A stretch of 64,000 nucleotides of DNA from Mobula hypostoma (taxonomy: Eukaryota), in contig NC_086114.1 of the NCBI RefSeq assembly GCF_963921235.1, positions 33,356,001 to 33,420,000 of the forward strand, written 5' to 3'. Numbering within the stretch: the first letter of the stretch is position 1; each line of letters begins with the position of its first letter. Below the pieces are notes generated by a model. That model made no database searches. It saw only the letters and a program-made list of their open reading frames with translations, and was not told the origin of the DNA. This document shows, one piece after another, positions 38,585 through 52,110 of this stretch. The translations under genes and the position numbers were made by a program.

Positions 38585-39070
38585 ACAGGGGGAGAATATG
38601 CATCTGTGAGGGAGAAGGCATTGTCAATATTTCGGGTGGAAATCCTGTGTCTGGGATTCCCTTCCTCCCACAGCTGCTGCTCGACCTGCCAATTTCTTCC
38701 TACACTTTCATTGTTGCTTCAGATTCCAGCATCTGCAGCCTCACAACACTGATCATATTGCAGCATGAATGCTGGATGGTCCCAGCTGGGGATGAAAGCA
38801 GAGCCTCTAAATCCATACCCATTCCAAGAGATCTGGCCCAATGACAGTAAAACTGAGGCAGGAAAATAAAGAACTATATTCCCCACCCACTTGAGTTAAA
38901 GACAGGACAGTCACAGCAAGTAATTTAATTGTAATACTCAGCAATAAACACAAAACACTATGAAGTGTTCAACCTTGGCATTTTGAATAGATTTTATCAA
39001 TGACGAAGTTCCACCCAGAAACATTTATGTCCTAATTTCTTGAATTATATTGAGTTGTTTCATTTTCTAT

Positions 39071-39209
39071 ATAGCAGGGTGAGCTGCTGCACACTATTAA
39101 GGAAGCTTTTTTAAAATCTTGGAGTTCATAACTTACCCTTCTGATTACTTCTGCAAACTTACAGTTCTTTAATTGTTTTGACAAGGACTTGATTGGTGCT
39201 TACAATCTG
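39071..39209. repeat. 139-bp inverted repeat, right arm (partner 36774-36912)
   Basis: Hand alignment. Confidence 0.95.
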
Positions 39210-40237
39210 ACTTTCAATCATTACTTACATGCAGAAAGCATAGGATTGTCAAAGTGCAAGTCCTCGTACACTCAATGATTGGTCGACCTCGTTTAAGGAC
39301 TATGATTATATGTAGCCACAGGCCTCAGAGAAGGATTTTAATGGATTTTAAACAAAAGAAAATGCTTTTATGTGGATACCATCTGTGACTTCCTGGAATT
39401 ATTTTTAACCCAGGTCACATATGTTAACTAGAGCACATATCAAAATTAATGGTGAACAATGGCGGATGGCTGAAAGGATTTGCACAATATATCTGCAGCA
39501 TTCTTAGTAACTTACTTTACTCATTGGAGTATTAGATTTTTGCATACCATTATGCCTGAATGGTTTTGTTTTAAATAAGTTAAATGATGGTTAACTTTCT
39601 TTCAAGAAATAGAAATAAGATATTTTAAAAGTCAGTAATAGTATGCTTGTTGTATTTAACTTTCAAACATTTGAAAAGCCCAATTTTGAAACAACCAAGT
39701 GAGTGTTTAATGCATTTTAAAATAGTGGAAAAAGTGGACACCAGGCTGGATTTCATTTTCCAATCTAGTGAGGGTACCACCAGATCAAAGACTGCAGCAT
39801 GATTTGTATCTACCTGGTCATGAGTGATGACCCTAATGAGCCCCCTGAAGTCCCACAGTTCACTTGAAGCTTCGTTCGTGCAGATTGGTGATCTTCCTAT
39901 GGCAGCTGGGTTTCGCAGCTTGGTGGAGTTATCTGTACCAAGCTCATAGCTGGCTACAATAGAGTCATTTCAGCACCAAATGCAATCAATTCCATGAAGC
40001 TGGTATTGTGGGGGAGAGTTTATTTAATAACATTCACCCCAGCTTATGAAGTTCCTGAAATTGTGACACCAAGATGATAATTAAAGGAAATACATTAGTA
40101 GTTAGACTTCTGTGAGAAGATACCAACTCCCACCTTCAGCCAGGTGTTGAATATCCCAAGTGTGGATGAGCCAGTCAAACAGCATATGGAATCCCTCCCT
40201 GCTTTCTTATCCCGACCCACCCACACTACCTTCCTAC

Positions 40238-41076
40238 GTTCAAAAGGTTCAAAGATTCAAAGTAGATTTATTATCAAAGTATACATATCTGAGATTTTCC
40301 TCCCACACACAGCCATGAAACAAAGAAACACCATGGAATCCATCCAAGAAAAGGTCAAACACCCAACGCGCAAAAAAAGAACAAATTGCACAAACAGCAA
40401 AAAGCAAGCGAACAACACATAGAGAATCAAACGTCAAACGAGGAGACCAGTAGTATACAGGTTCAGTTTAGTTCAGAGCCGCACCACTATCCACCACAGG
40501 CCACACAGGTGCATTATTCGCAGAAGCGCCCCAGTCCACATCGATCACCCTGATCAAACTGCCCAAAGACAGCAAAAATAGAATAACCAGAATCCAGAAA
40601 TACATGTAACATGAAACTCAGAAGTCCCCCAAGTCGAGTCCACAGCCTTGCTGATCAATCCTTCCGACGTGGATCCCAAGACTACTGCACCTTACTCTTA
40701 CAGCAGCTAGCAATAGGGAGAGGAATACTGGTCAAACGGCAGCAGACAGAACTGAATACCGGCCCATTTTCCACTCTCATCTCATAGACTTCAACCTTGC
40801 TCGACACCTCAATCAGAGAGAAGCAATGGAGTTGATCATGGAAGCCTCATGGGTCCAGGCCGTCTTCAGGCTTCCAGGCCTCTCGGCCGCAAACTCCTCT
40901 CAAAACCTCATTGAACTCCCTCGGAGACAGCAAAGCACCAGATCGCCCAAAAACATGTAAATCACAGGTTCCAATCAGAGCAGTAGAATCATATTTGAAA
41001 GAAGTCAGAGAAATAGAATCATGAGCTGTCTGCAGGACGTCACCATTGGTCATGCTGTTCGCTGGCGCCATCTTGC
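40238..41076 (-). mobile_element. non-autonomous retroelement with Rex1-type tail
   Basis: Minus strand starts near aagatggcgcc and ends aataaatctactttgaatctttgaacc; no recognisable coding frame. Confidence 0.6.
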
Positions 41077-42435
41077 CATAGTGTTCATAGTGTATCTGGC
41101 AAAACAGTGACTCGCCTCCATTTAACCAACAAAGAAATAGAGAGAAGAGTCTCTTTGTGTTGAAGGCACTTACAGGATGACACACCCAGCATTGGTAGAT
41201 ATTAGTGAGCTGTAATCCCAGAGGTGTGAGTAATTATTTACTCCTTCTATGGTAGATATGGACTCTGTTGCAGAATTAGTGAGCTGTACTCTCGGACGTT
41301 TGAGTAATTATTCACTCCTTCCAGCTCATTGTGCAGAGACAAATACTGTATTTCACATCTTTCAGCAAAAGTGCAACATGCTGAGATTCAAAAAGGGCAA
41401 AGTGCTGAGTGGTGTTAGCTGGTTGGAACCTACTGGCATCTCTTCACACACCTGGAAATCTTTAGCTTCTGGCTCCTACTGAATTTTGACTATGTTCTCA
41501 CATTTTAAGTATGAGACTGTGTTTGTTGCTACCAGGATGGGCTAAACACTACATTGAGTAAATATCAAGCTATTTGTGTATCTTTCATAGCAGTTTCATT
41601 TAATGCCTTCTAAAGAAATTTACACATGTCCAACAGACATCCACATTAGGGTTCCAAAGACTGAAAAACAATTATAGCACTCAATGCACACAACATTTGA
41701 ATAAATAGGCCCAGTTTATTTTTGACTTACTATTTGACATTTTGAGATAGTTCTGAATTTCCTTGGAAAATGCATGGAATGTGAGTATGAAATGAAACTA
41801 ATGCTTGTTCCAGCAGAATTTTAAATATCTGGAAAACTAAAAATAGCTAGATTAATGAACATAGTGCTGAAAATAAGTCCTGGATATATCCCAAAAGAGA
41901 TAGCTTAAAAATCTTGGAAATTAGATCAAAGTAAAAGAAGGTTCAGAACATTTCCCTTTGATGATTTCCCCCCTTAATGAATTGGATGTTAAGTTTTGAA
42001 TGTACAGTATGTACAAGCTAAAAAAAAAATCCAGTTCTGTACTCTAAATGACCTTTCCTCATGGGGAACTGCCACTATTTGACTTTGCACTCCTATGCTA
42101 ATGATGGGGTAGCTACTAGATAAGGATCTGATTCATGGTTCCCATCCAATGGCAGTGCTGAAAAGTATATTTATGTGTGGATTTGGAGAAGCATAAAGCA
42201 TAAAATAGTGAGGTGTTTAAACACCTTGTTGATAAGTATAGTGAAGACGAGTGCCTGAGGTACGACCTGCTGGGTAAAGTACATGGGCATCCAGTTCTGT
42301 ACAATGATAGTCCAGTCTGTCAGTATCTTCGGGAGCCAGGAAAAGTAATGTGTCATTTTCAGACTGTTGAACTGTGATTTTAATCAACTTTCTGATTTTA
42401 CTGAAATTGAAAGTCTTTAGAATTCCACAGAGACA

Positions 42436-43165
42436 AGGAGTATGGTGAGATAGTGGTGAACTTACAGGATTAGTGTTCGCAGCCCTGGGCTACCAATCTA
42501 AACATGATTTCACATCTCACTGAACTTCATTGTGTACAGTTCTGGTCACCACACCATAGGAAGGATATGTATGTGCTGGAGAAGGTTTAGACAGGATCAC
42601 CAGAATGCCATTTGAAATAGAGGACTTTAGTTAGGGGCAGAGAATGGAGAAGCTCAGTTTGTTTATCCTAGAGTGAAGATGACCAGATAGATGTATATCC
42701 AAGGCATAGATATGGAACATAGACATATCTTTCTTTCTGTGGTAGAGGTATCAAAAACAGGACGGTATATGTTCAAGGTCAAAGAAAGATTTTTAAAGGG
42801 GATTTAGGAGGAAAGATATCTAAAACTCACCACCAGAAGAGGCGGTGGAGTCAGATACAATGACAATATTGAAGAGACTTCTGTGAAGGCAACCGAATAG
42901 GCAAGATGGAGAAGGAAAGGGACCTAATGTGAGCAAGTAAGATTAGTGTGGGTGGGCAAATTGGACAGCATGGATGTGATGGGCCAAAGGGTGAATTTCT
43001 GTGCAGTATGACATTACTTTCAGTAATGCTGACTGAACCCACTAGATCGAAACAAAGATTGAAACACGAAGGAAACCTTCCAGTCTGTAAGAAGCCTATG
43101 TGACTCCAGTGTGGATGACCATTAACTGGACAGTTCAGGAGGAAATTTGGGATGGCAATGTACGT
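42436..43165 (+). mobile_element. DeuSINE-like element split by an old CR1 fragment (about 42528-43012)
   Basis: tRNA-like head near 42440; CR1 CVQFWSPHHRKD segment and tail; Deu-like gaaggaaacc..atgtgactccag..gggatggcaat. Confidence 0.5.
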
Positions 43166-43238
43166 TCTTCACAACTTATGTAACACTCAGTTCACACATA
43201 TTGAATCTTATGTAAAAAAATGTCATTTGCCTAACTTT

Positions 43239-44131
43239 GGTAGAATCTCAGGTGATGACGAGAGGGCGTACAGGACTGAGATATGCCAACTAGTGGAATG
43301 GTGCCACAGCAACAATCTGGCACTCAACGTCAGTAAGATGAAAGAGTTGATTGTGAACTTCAGGAAGGGTAAGATGAAGGAACACATATCAATCCTCATA
43401 GAGGGATCAGAAATGGAGGGAGTGAGCAGTTTCAAGTTTCTGGGTGTCAAGATCTCTGAGGATCTAACCTGGTCCCAACATATTGATGTAGTCATAAAGA
43501 AGGCAAGTTGGTGATTATACTTTATTAGGAGTTTGAAGAGATTTGGCATGTCAACAAATACACTCAAAAACTTCTATAGTTGTACTGTGGAGAGCATTCT
43601 GACAGGCTGCATTACTGTCTGGTATGGAGAGGCTACTGCACAGGACCAAAAGAAGCTGCAGAAGGTTGTAAATTTAGTCAGCTCCATCTTGGGCACGAGT
43701 CTACAAAGTACCCAGGACATCTTTAGGAAGCGGTGTCTCAGAAAGGCAGCGTCCATTATTAAAGACCTTCAGCACCCAGGGCATGCCCTTTTCTCGCCAT
43801 TACCATCAGGTAGGAGATACAGAAGCCTGAAGGCACACACTCAGCGATTCAGGAACAGCTTCTTCCCCTCTGCCATCTGATTCCTAAATGGGCTTTGCAG
43901 TTTTGGACACTACCTCACTTTTTTTAATATATAGTATTTCTGTTTTTGCACATTTTTTAATAATCTATTCAATATACATAATTGATTTACTTGTTTATTT
44001 ATTATTATGTTTTATTTTATCATGATTATTTTTTCTCTCTCTGCTAGATTATGTATTACATTGTACAGCTGCTACTAAGTTAACAAATTTCACGTCACAT
44101 GCTGGTGCTAATAAACCTGATTCTGATTCTG
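43239..44131 (+). mobile_element. Rex1/Babar LINE 3' fragment
   Basis: LVEWCHSNNLALNVSKMKELIVNFRK and NFYSCTVESILTGCITVWYG; (ctgatt)n tail; possible TSD acttt at 43234-43238 and 44132-44136. Confidence 0.9.
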
Positions 44132-44199
44132 ACTTTCATGGCTATAAGTATGTAAGCAAGAGCTACTTGTGACCACATAAGTACAGGCTGAAAGATCAA

Positions 44200-44715
44200 A
44201 AGGTTCATAGCAAATAAAACTTGGCTAAGCAATCGGAAGGTAGACATCCAAAGTAGAATCTGCTTCCTCGAGTGTTACACATGGTCAGTACTGTGTTATG
44301 GGTCAGAAACATGGACCCTGAAGAAGGATGACATGAAACGAATTAATGCTTTTGAAATGTGCTGCTATCGACGAATGTTGAAGATCAGCTGGGTAGAGAA
44401 AGTTTCAAAGAGAGGGTTTTGTCCGAAGTTGCTAGACCACAGATATTGCTGGAGAAGATCATGAAGTTAAAAGTTGCTTATTGTGGACACCTTACGAGGA
44501 GAGATAACATTTCGTTGGACTTCCTATATGGAATGGTGGAGGGAAAGAAAGGAAGAAAAAGGCAAAGAACAACGTGGCTGGAAAACATCAAGGATTGGGC
44601 CAAGCTGGACAAAACTAGGGATGTTGTGGACAAGTGTCGGGACAGAGCAGCATGGAGGGAAATCCTCCACTAACTGGAAATTCCAGATGTGGCCTAACGA
44701 CGAAGCTATTAGGGT
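44200..44715 (+). mobile_element. RTE-clade LINE 3' fragment
   Basis: YGSETWTLKK..AFEMCCYRRMLKISW, frameshift, then CGHLTRR..GMVEGKKGRKRQRTTWLENIKDW. Confidence 0.8.
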
Positions 44716-45865
44716 ACTTCAATGCATATCTGCAAGGCCTTGAGAAGATGGATTCCAAAGCCACCAGTGTCATGAAAGTCAACAGATCATCTTACTACAA
44801 GTTCATCTATAAAGAGGTAAAAGGCCACTGTGCAATACTCTGGACAAGCTCAATGAAAGGTGAGCAGCCACCAGTTTCTTAAACTTAACTTCAGCAACAT
44901 CGAGGCAATCAACAGTAGCTCAGCTTCCTCCTTTTCCACCTTATTTGATTAGCTAGCCAGCATTTACCACCAGTGCCATCCATTCACACAAAAAGGCAGC
45001 ACTGGGAATTAAATTAGGCAGGAATTACTTATAAATTAATCCATAATTTATCATTATTATTTCTTAAAATTTAATTTAATCCATGAATTACCCTTTATTA
45101 TTTTACTGTGGAACAGAGTGTACGCATGCACTGTATCAAACCTGATAGATAGGAACTTACCATAATCAAAGTATAAAATATTAACCACCGCATATGGATC
45201 CAATGAAATCTGAACTTAATGTAAAATTTGCCTGATGGAACAGTTATTGGAATGGAATTCTTATATAAGTCGGGGACTTCCTGTAAACACTGGCTCCAGC
45301 CAATAAGCAAATGAATTAAAAAAATAAAATACTGGAAGTAGCACTCATAAGAATATGAGGAAAATGCTAGACACTCTTGAAACCAGGACACACCTTTCAT
45401 AATTTCATTATCAAATTTCTTGCCTGCACAGAATATATGACGGTATGATATTAAAACATAAAACAACTAAAAAAGGTCCTATTCCACCATTCCACTGGTT
45501 TAATATTGTCCAAAAGAAAAAAATGTCAAGAATGTTTTTTATTTTCGCCTTTCCAGCATGTAAGCACAATCTTTGGTTGCTATTGTTCAGTTTGGCCACC
45601 CAAGAGAAGAAGCTCTTCAAATATCCTAACTCTTCCTTGGACTTTACTAAGAGGAACATAGACCAGCAATGCTTTAAACTATCAGGCTGCCCAACTTTCT
45701 GTCAGCACATGCTTGGACATTGATAAGCCTTTCCAAGTATGAGTGGGTTTCTATTTCAAACAGCTCTTAAGGACATGGTGATGCCTTGCCATAATTTATT
45801 TTCATTAACATTTCTTTTATTGCATGTCTAGTATTATCGGGCACGACATTATAGTCTCTAGCAAT

Positions 45866-46182
45866 TTTAATTCAAAGTTAAATCATAGTATGTACAGTAT
45901 ATGTCACCATATACTACTCTGAGATTCACCTTCTTGCGGGCATTCAGAGTAGTATAAAGAACAATCACTGAAAAACTACACACAAACAAAACTGACAAAC
46001 AACCAATATACCAAAAAGACAAATTACTTCTGTGCAGATACAAGAAAAACAATTAATTATAATTAAAATAATAAATAAGTAAATAAATAATACTGAGAAC
46101 ATGAGTTGTAAAGTACTTGAAAGGGAGTCCAGAAGTTGTGGAATCACTTCAGTGTTGTTGTGAGTGAACCACGCTGGTTCAC
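45866..46182 (-). mobile_element. Rex1-type 3' tail
   Basis: Similar to 19310-19625. Confidence 0.6.
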
Positions 46183-46689
46183 AAAACTAATTGGGAATTG
46201 GGTACACTATAAAAGTCTGGCAAGATTTTCATACATAAACTATACTTCTAAGTTTTATTACTCACTGTTAACAAGTTTCCATTAATCTCTTGCCTCCACA
46301 GCGAAATTCCTATTTTCCCTCTTTCCTCCATTGCCAAGGATGTCAGAATGAATATTCCAGGCACAGTACAAACTTAGTGTTCATGCTGAGAAACAGATCA
46401 ATTGGAATTATTGCAAACCATGACATGGAACTCCAGCCCAGGAACAGTTCTACGTTCAGGCAACACTTCTTAAGGAAAGTCATCAATAGACTCTGTTACG
46501 TGCTACATCTTGGGTCATAGATATTGCAAAGAACAGTGTCAACCTGAACTTTTTTGTTACGGGGCAGTCTAAATTGATCTAAGGTTTCCCTCAGCTGCAC
46601 AGAACCTATCAAACTTTACAGCCTCGTCAGAAGAATTGTTCAAGATATTTCCATTTTTCACTGAAGTACAAAACATTTTGTTTAGTTAA

Positions 46690-47200
46690 CTCACAGGATG
46701 GGGGTATCACTAGAAAGGCCAACATTTATTGTTTGTGCCTAATTGTCCTTAACACGGTAGGTGGTGGGCTTCCGTTTTTTCCTTGGTTGTTCTTGATAAA
46801 GTACTTTCAGGCTGCTCTCAAGGAACATGTAAGTGGTAGCATTGTCATTCTTGTTGGTAAAGTTCTGGGAGTAGGAGATGCTATAAAGTGGCCTTGGTGA
46901 GGTGCCTCTGTCCATTTTGTGGAGGAGACACAGTGCAGCCCTAGTACAATGGTAGCCGTGGGAATGGATATGAAGGTGCCATTGAGATTAAATTGAGCAG
47001 TCTGTTTTGCTGTGGATAGTATTAAGTTTTTGTGGGTTATTGGAGGTGAACGCACCATAACATGGCTGTAGATGGTGGAACCATTTTGGGTACCAAAGAG
47101 GTGACTGAATCGCTGCCTGCTCGGATGTTGATAGGCCCCAGGAACAGCAATGAAGGGAGGAAACTGGGGTTGGCGATGATAATTATCTCATTGGGCACTG
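46690..47200 (-). mobile_element. old CR1-like LINE 3' fragment
   Basis: ggccaacatttattg..cctaattgtcctt tail type (recalled). Confidence 0.45.
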
Positions 47201-47299
47201 ATGTCTTAGGGGTTTGATCAAAGAGATTTCCAGATCACCCAGAGATCTTAGATGATCTGGTTAGGGTGTGGCCAGTGAAGAGATTCCACTACCACAAAG

Positions 47300-47427
47300 A
47301 AGAGAAATTCTGCAGATGCTGGAAATCCAAGCAACACACAAGATGCTGCAGGAACTCAGCAGGCCAGGCAGCATTTATGGAAAAGAGTAGAGTCAATGTT
47401 TTGGGCCGAGACCCTTCAGCAGGATTT
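47300..47427 (-). mobile_element. Penelope terminal repeat
   Basis: ctgcagatgctggaaatc..ggaactcagcaggccaggcagc..gggccgagacccttcagcagg. Confidence 0.8.
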
Positions 47428-47674
47428 AAGCTTTCACTACCTGCACATTTCTCCATCCCTGCCTTCACTATTCTCAACCCCAACCTTCAAGGTTCTAATT
47501 AATCAGATTCACCAGGGTTCTTTGATGCCATATTCTATTAAGTCTTATCTTAATGACACCAAATGTAATTGAGCAGGTTATTGGTAAGTACCACCTGTTC
47601 ACACTGTCAATGATGACATCTATCATTACACCTTTACCTGCAGGCAGACTGAAGAGTGATTATTCTTGGTTTAC

Positions 47675-47985
47675 TGCTTTATTATTGTCAGAAGTACCAA
47701 GATACAGTGAAAACTTTGCCTTGCATACAGTTTATACAGATCAGATCATTACATAGTACATTGAGCTAGAACAAGGTAAAACAATAACAATGCTGAATAA
47801 AGTGTAAAAGCTACTGAAAGAGTGCATTGCCGGTAAGTGATAAAGTGCAAGATCACAATGAGGTAGACTGGGAGGCCAATAGTCCATCTTATTGTACAAG
47901 AGGTTCATTCAAGAGTCTGATAACAGTGGGATAGAAGCTGTCCTTGAGCATGGTGCTACGTGTTTTTAGGCTTTTGTTTCTTCTA
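47675..47985 (-). mobile_element. Rex1-type 3' fragment
   Basis: Minus translation TRSTMLKDSFYPTVIRLLN. Confidence 0.65.
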
Positions 47986-50900
47986 TTTTTGGGCAGGTGA
48001 GGCTCATCAGCCTTGGACAGCAGCCCGCCCAGGAGAAGGAAAATTCTGATTTTAAACCTCCACTGCTTCTCAGCCATACCCACCCATGGGAAAGGCTTTG
48101 AGAGTAAACTCCGAGGAAGAAGTCTGAAGCAGTTTGATGGTGTTTACAACTTCACTCTGGCAACCTCTGTGATGACACTGTATCAGTCCTTGCCTTTCCC
48201 TTGGACTACATCAGTGATCTGGAGAGGGGGAGCCTCCCAGGCTTCCCACCCAGGCTTGCGCCCTGGAGAGGACACAAATCCATGATCCCCTGGGATCAAT
48301 AGCTGCCAATGATCTTCTATTTGATGGTGGGTGGGGGGGAGGTCTTTAATTAATTGGATTGAATTTATCCTGTCTTTTATGGACAGGCATGCCAGGGAAC
48401 TTCCCACAGTGTCAAACAGAAGTTAGTGTTGTACTTGAGCAGCTTGATACCTATAGAGACAGCTCATTTTCAAGCTTAAAGATTCAGCATTGCGGTATCT
48501 TGCTGAAGCCTAAAGCCCAGGCTGTATTCAGAGGGCAGTGCTGTTGTGGTGGGAATCTAGGGGTGACGCAGGTTTAAGAGGAACACTAGGATGGGTTATC
48601 AACTGTGTATGCTTCTCCTCCATTAATCCCTGCATGTCTATTAACAAGCAAGGATAGTACTTATGAAGAAGGGAAAATTTGACCAGCAAGCTTGTAATTA
48701 CAATAAGACTGTTTTAAATTGCAATCTACTGCATGAGTACCCTTTCAATGAGAAAGCCAAGTCTTGTGTGGTTTCAAGGCCCTTGCATAGTTATATCCAT
48801 GGGCTTTCCTGAGATGCCAGGTGAACTGCTATTACAAGGTCTATTCTGTCATTAGAGTCAGTATAAAGCACACTATTTGAATTGGATTAAGAGTTTCCCA
48901 TCTAAAATGCTGCATGTCTGATGCCTTCTTCCAGAGGAAGAACCCCAAAGAACGGTGGAATGATAATTAGAAGAACCAGAAAGTGGTGCAAAGAATGACT
49001 GACTGTAAACTAATAAATATGAAATATGTTTCAAGAGACATAACAATCAGTGAAGCGTGGTCTCTATGGAGAGGTTAGCCAACTGGGGCACTGAAAAGTC
49101 TGAAAGTTACTCAGAGACCAGATAGCCCTTCAGGTGAAACTCTCTTCCCACATACACTGCCTTTTGGCACAAGGATGGGATATGCAATGCAATGAATCTA
49201 GTTCTACCACAATCTTGAGACTACATGATGTCACCGCCTGATGGCTTCTTTCCAAAATCTCATGGGAACCATGGTAACAAACTGAGGCAGCGCTCTTGTA
49301 AATCTCTGTATCTGAGACAATTTGTGTTTGTCACTCCTCTGATCCAGTTCAATCCACAATGAAACCAGCTTCCACACATTATACTGCAAAGAGGTCCACT
49401 CCAGGCCATTTAGTCACTGAATACTTCCAGAGAAGCAAAAGGGATAGACCATGGGGGAATAAGGACTGTCAACCTGTTCGATCACTCACTGATTTGATCT
49501 ATGACCCAACTCCATTCACCTACCTGATCACATCTTATTGGATTCTCCTCCAGTGCATAAACCTATTAGTTTCAGCTGTGAATATATTTTAATGACGCAA
49601 CATCACAGGTGCCTGGAGTGGAGAATTCCAAAGGTCACAATTCTCTGAGAGAAGAAATTTTTCAGCGTTTCAGTCTTAAGTAGCCCCTGGTCTAAGCTCC
49701 CTCATCATGATCGGCATGAGTGTGGGTGTGCAGTGAGGAGAAGGGTGTATGCTGTGATGCCAATGGGTGTACCAGTTTCTTTCCCTGCATTGTATAAAGT
49801 TTAAAACAGTACGTGGGACCCTTAAATTACATACCTCGTTTAAGCCAAATATTTTCTTCAATGTTACAATTCCCCTTGGTTTATGAAACTTGATTGGTCA
49901 AATGTATCTTCAGATGGCTTAATGCTGCATTGAGGTAAATCTTTATCAATGAAGTTGCATACCAACTACATAATCTCCTGTCCAACTTCATCAGTGTTCA
50001 CACTTCTGGTCATCATTGATACTACATATACAAATCCTATACGTAAATAGTTAACTGTAGCAATGTAGTAAAACATTTCAGTAACTATAGAGTGAGCTTC
50101 TTAAGTCTTCCAACTCTATTCCCATTTTGCCTATATAAAAAACATGACCTTAGGGAACGCCCTCAGATAAAGTGCATAAGAATGAAAGGAATCATTTAGC
50201 GGAAGGATGTTTTGCAATGCTGCTTAACAGTAATTCCATAACAAATTGTCAAGCCAACTCTTTACTAATCAATGAAAAGGAGATGGAATCACTAAGTATT
50301 GCGTCAAAAAGAATGTATTGTTTTTCATTAATGTAATATTTATTAATAAGCATGAAAGTATGTAGAAACTTTCCACGGTGGAAAATTAAACAACCTTTCA
50401 GGAATGAACTCGCGCTGACTGGTTAACTTAACAATAGAACAGTTGAATTCTGTGAAATTTTCCTTCATATAGTTATGGTAAAAATGGAGAGGTGCAGTCA
50501 AGACCCTATCCCACTGTGAATGTGCCCACAGTCAGCCTAGTGATGAACATATAGACATCTCTGGCAGGATATTAATGGTGGTGTAGCACTAAGGTCCAAG
50601 TACTGCCAAGGATTGAGTCAAAAAGGGAGAATTTCAATGTTTCTTTTAAGCTGTGCCCTTAATACTCCAGTGCCCTGAAATGATTCACCCCAATTCTGGG
50701 AAATTAATACTATTTTAACAATATACACTAATTGCCAAAGGGCAGTGGTTCCTGTTCACAGAAATGTTGAAATTTGAACAGTATGTTCGATCAAAGTTCA
50801 GTCCAGGATTATCTACTCTTGTATCCTGTTACCCATCATCTGGTTTTCATGCTGTCATTTCCTCGTCTTTCCAATCACCTGAATGCTGTGTTTGAATTCT

Positions 50901-51271
50901 CCCACTATCAATGCCTCTATTAGTCAAAAACCTGTAAGCTAATACTGTATTTATCAGCCATACGTTCTCCTGCTGAGGTACAGAATCAGGCCCTCAATCT
51001 ACTGTATGTTCCTGAGATTGGCATTACATACTCTACTAATATAATTCTTTATTCATGACCATTTTTAATGTTGTTTTATTGCATGTTACACATCACACCA
51101 CAGCAAACTCCTAATACATGTAAATGTATATGGCAAATAATGTTCACCCTTGATCCTTGAAGAAAAGTAAGTTTACGTACATGATGTTAGATACACTGAA
51201 AATGCAAGTGTACAGCATATTAAAATGTACTGTTACATGCTCAAGGAGATTTGTTTTTTTTTTGAGAATGC

Positions 51272-52110
51272 TGTAATGGTCTTTTGGAGGTCACCTGATG
51301 TGATTTTCCCGCTGTTGTGCGGTCACGTGAAGACATGTGCCCCCCCCCGTGACTATATAAGGGTCGACTCAAGTGACGCAGTAGAGATTTTGAGTTTGTA
51401 CATTTCCAGGTAGAACGTGTTGTGCCTCCGTTTCTCTTGCGTGTTTGTTTTTGTGACGCAGTTTCATTTTTAAAACGGAAGGTGCGTTCTCTTAAAAGAT
51501 TTGTATTATTGAACTGGAAATTTGTGGCTGGAAGTGCCAATTTACTCAGTTCCGACAGGTTTGAAGGGAGAGTGAAGAATTCATCGAAGTGAAGGATCGA
51601 GAGAAGTTGGCATCGGTTTGGCAGTTTAATAAATGATCGACCTTATTGAGTCTTCGTTGAAGAGAACCTGCATTGAGATAACTCTTGTAAAAGCGCAATG
51701 AGTTCATGCAAAAAGGCTCTCTCTCTAAAAGGAATTTAAGGTCAGTCGATTTAAACTGTTTATTTTCGGCATCAGGAATCCTGTGGACAGAACCGGCAGT
51801 AAAGGTGCGTCGGTGAAGAAATCGTTCTCCAGAGAAATCTCTCCCAATAGAATGTGTGAAACTGTTGGACTTTCGAAGTTATCGCTTTAAGAACTATATC
51901 TGACCGTATCGCTTTAAGGACTGTTTCCACATTTAACTCTTTAAGAGCCAGAGCCGAGTGGAGTTAATGAACGGCTGCGTACCTGTTTAACCTCCGGTTG
52001 AAGTTTTCCTTTGTTTTTTTTCCCTTATCGCTTATATGTGTTTAATAAATGTTCGGTTGTTTTTATAAATCCAGTCTCGATTGATATTCATTGTTGCCGG
52101 TTACGTAACA
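51272..52110 (+). mobile_element. solo LTR (839 bp)
   Basis: TGTAA...TAACA ends; GTCACGTGA at 51322; TATATAA 51354-51360; AATAAA 52044-52049; CpG-rich; flanks atgc/gtac are an imperfect TSD. Confidence 0.75.

Noticed and set aside
36774-39209. DNA transposon with 139-bp TIRs carrying a CR1
   Set aside because: Ends are CAG..CTG but the flanks (tcaactgg and actttcaa) show no 8-bp or TA duplication, and the left arm stops exactly at the CR1 junction
41194-41321. CRISPR-like array
   Set aside because: Only two diverged units, vertebrate DNA, no cas genes
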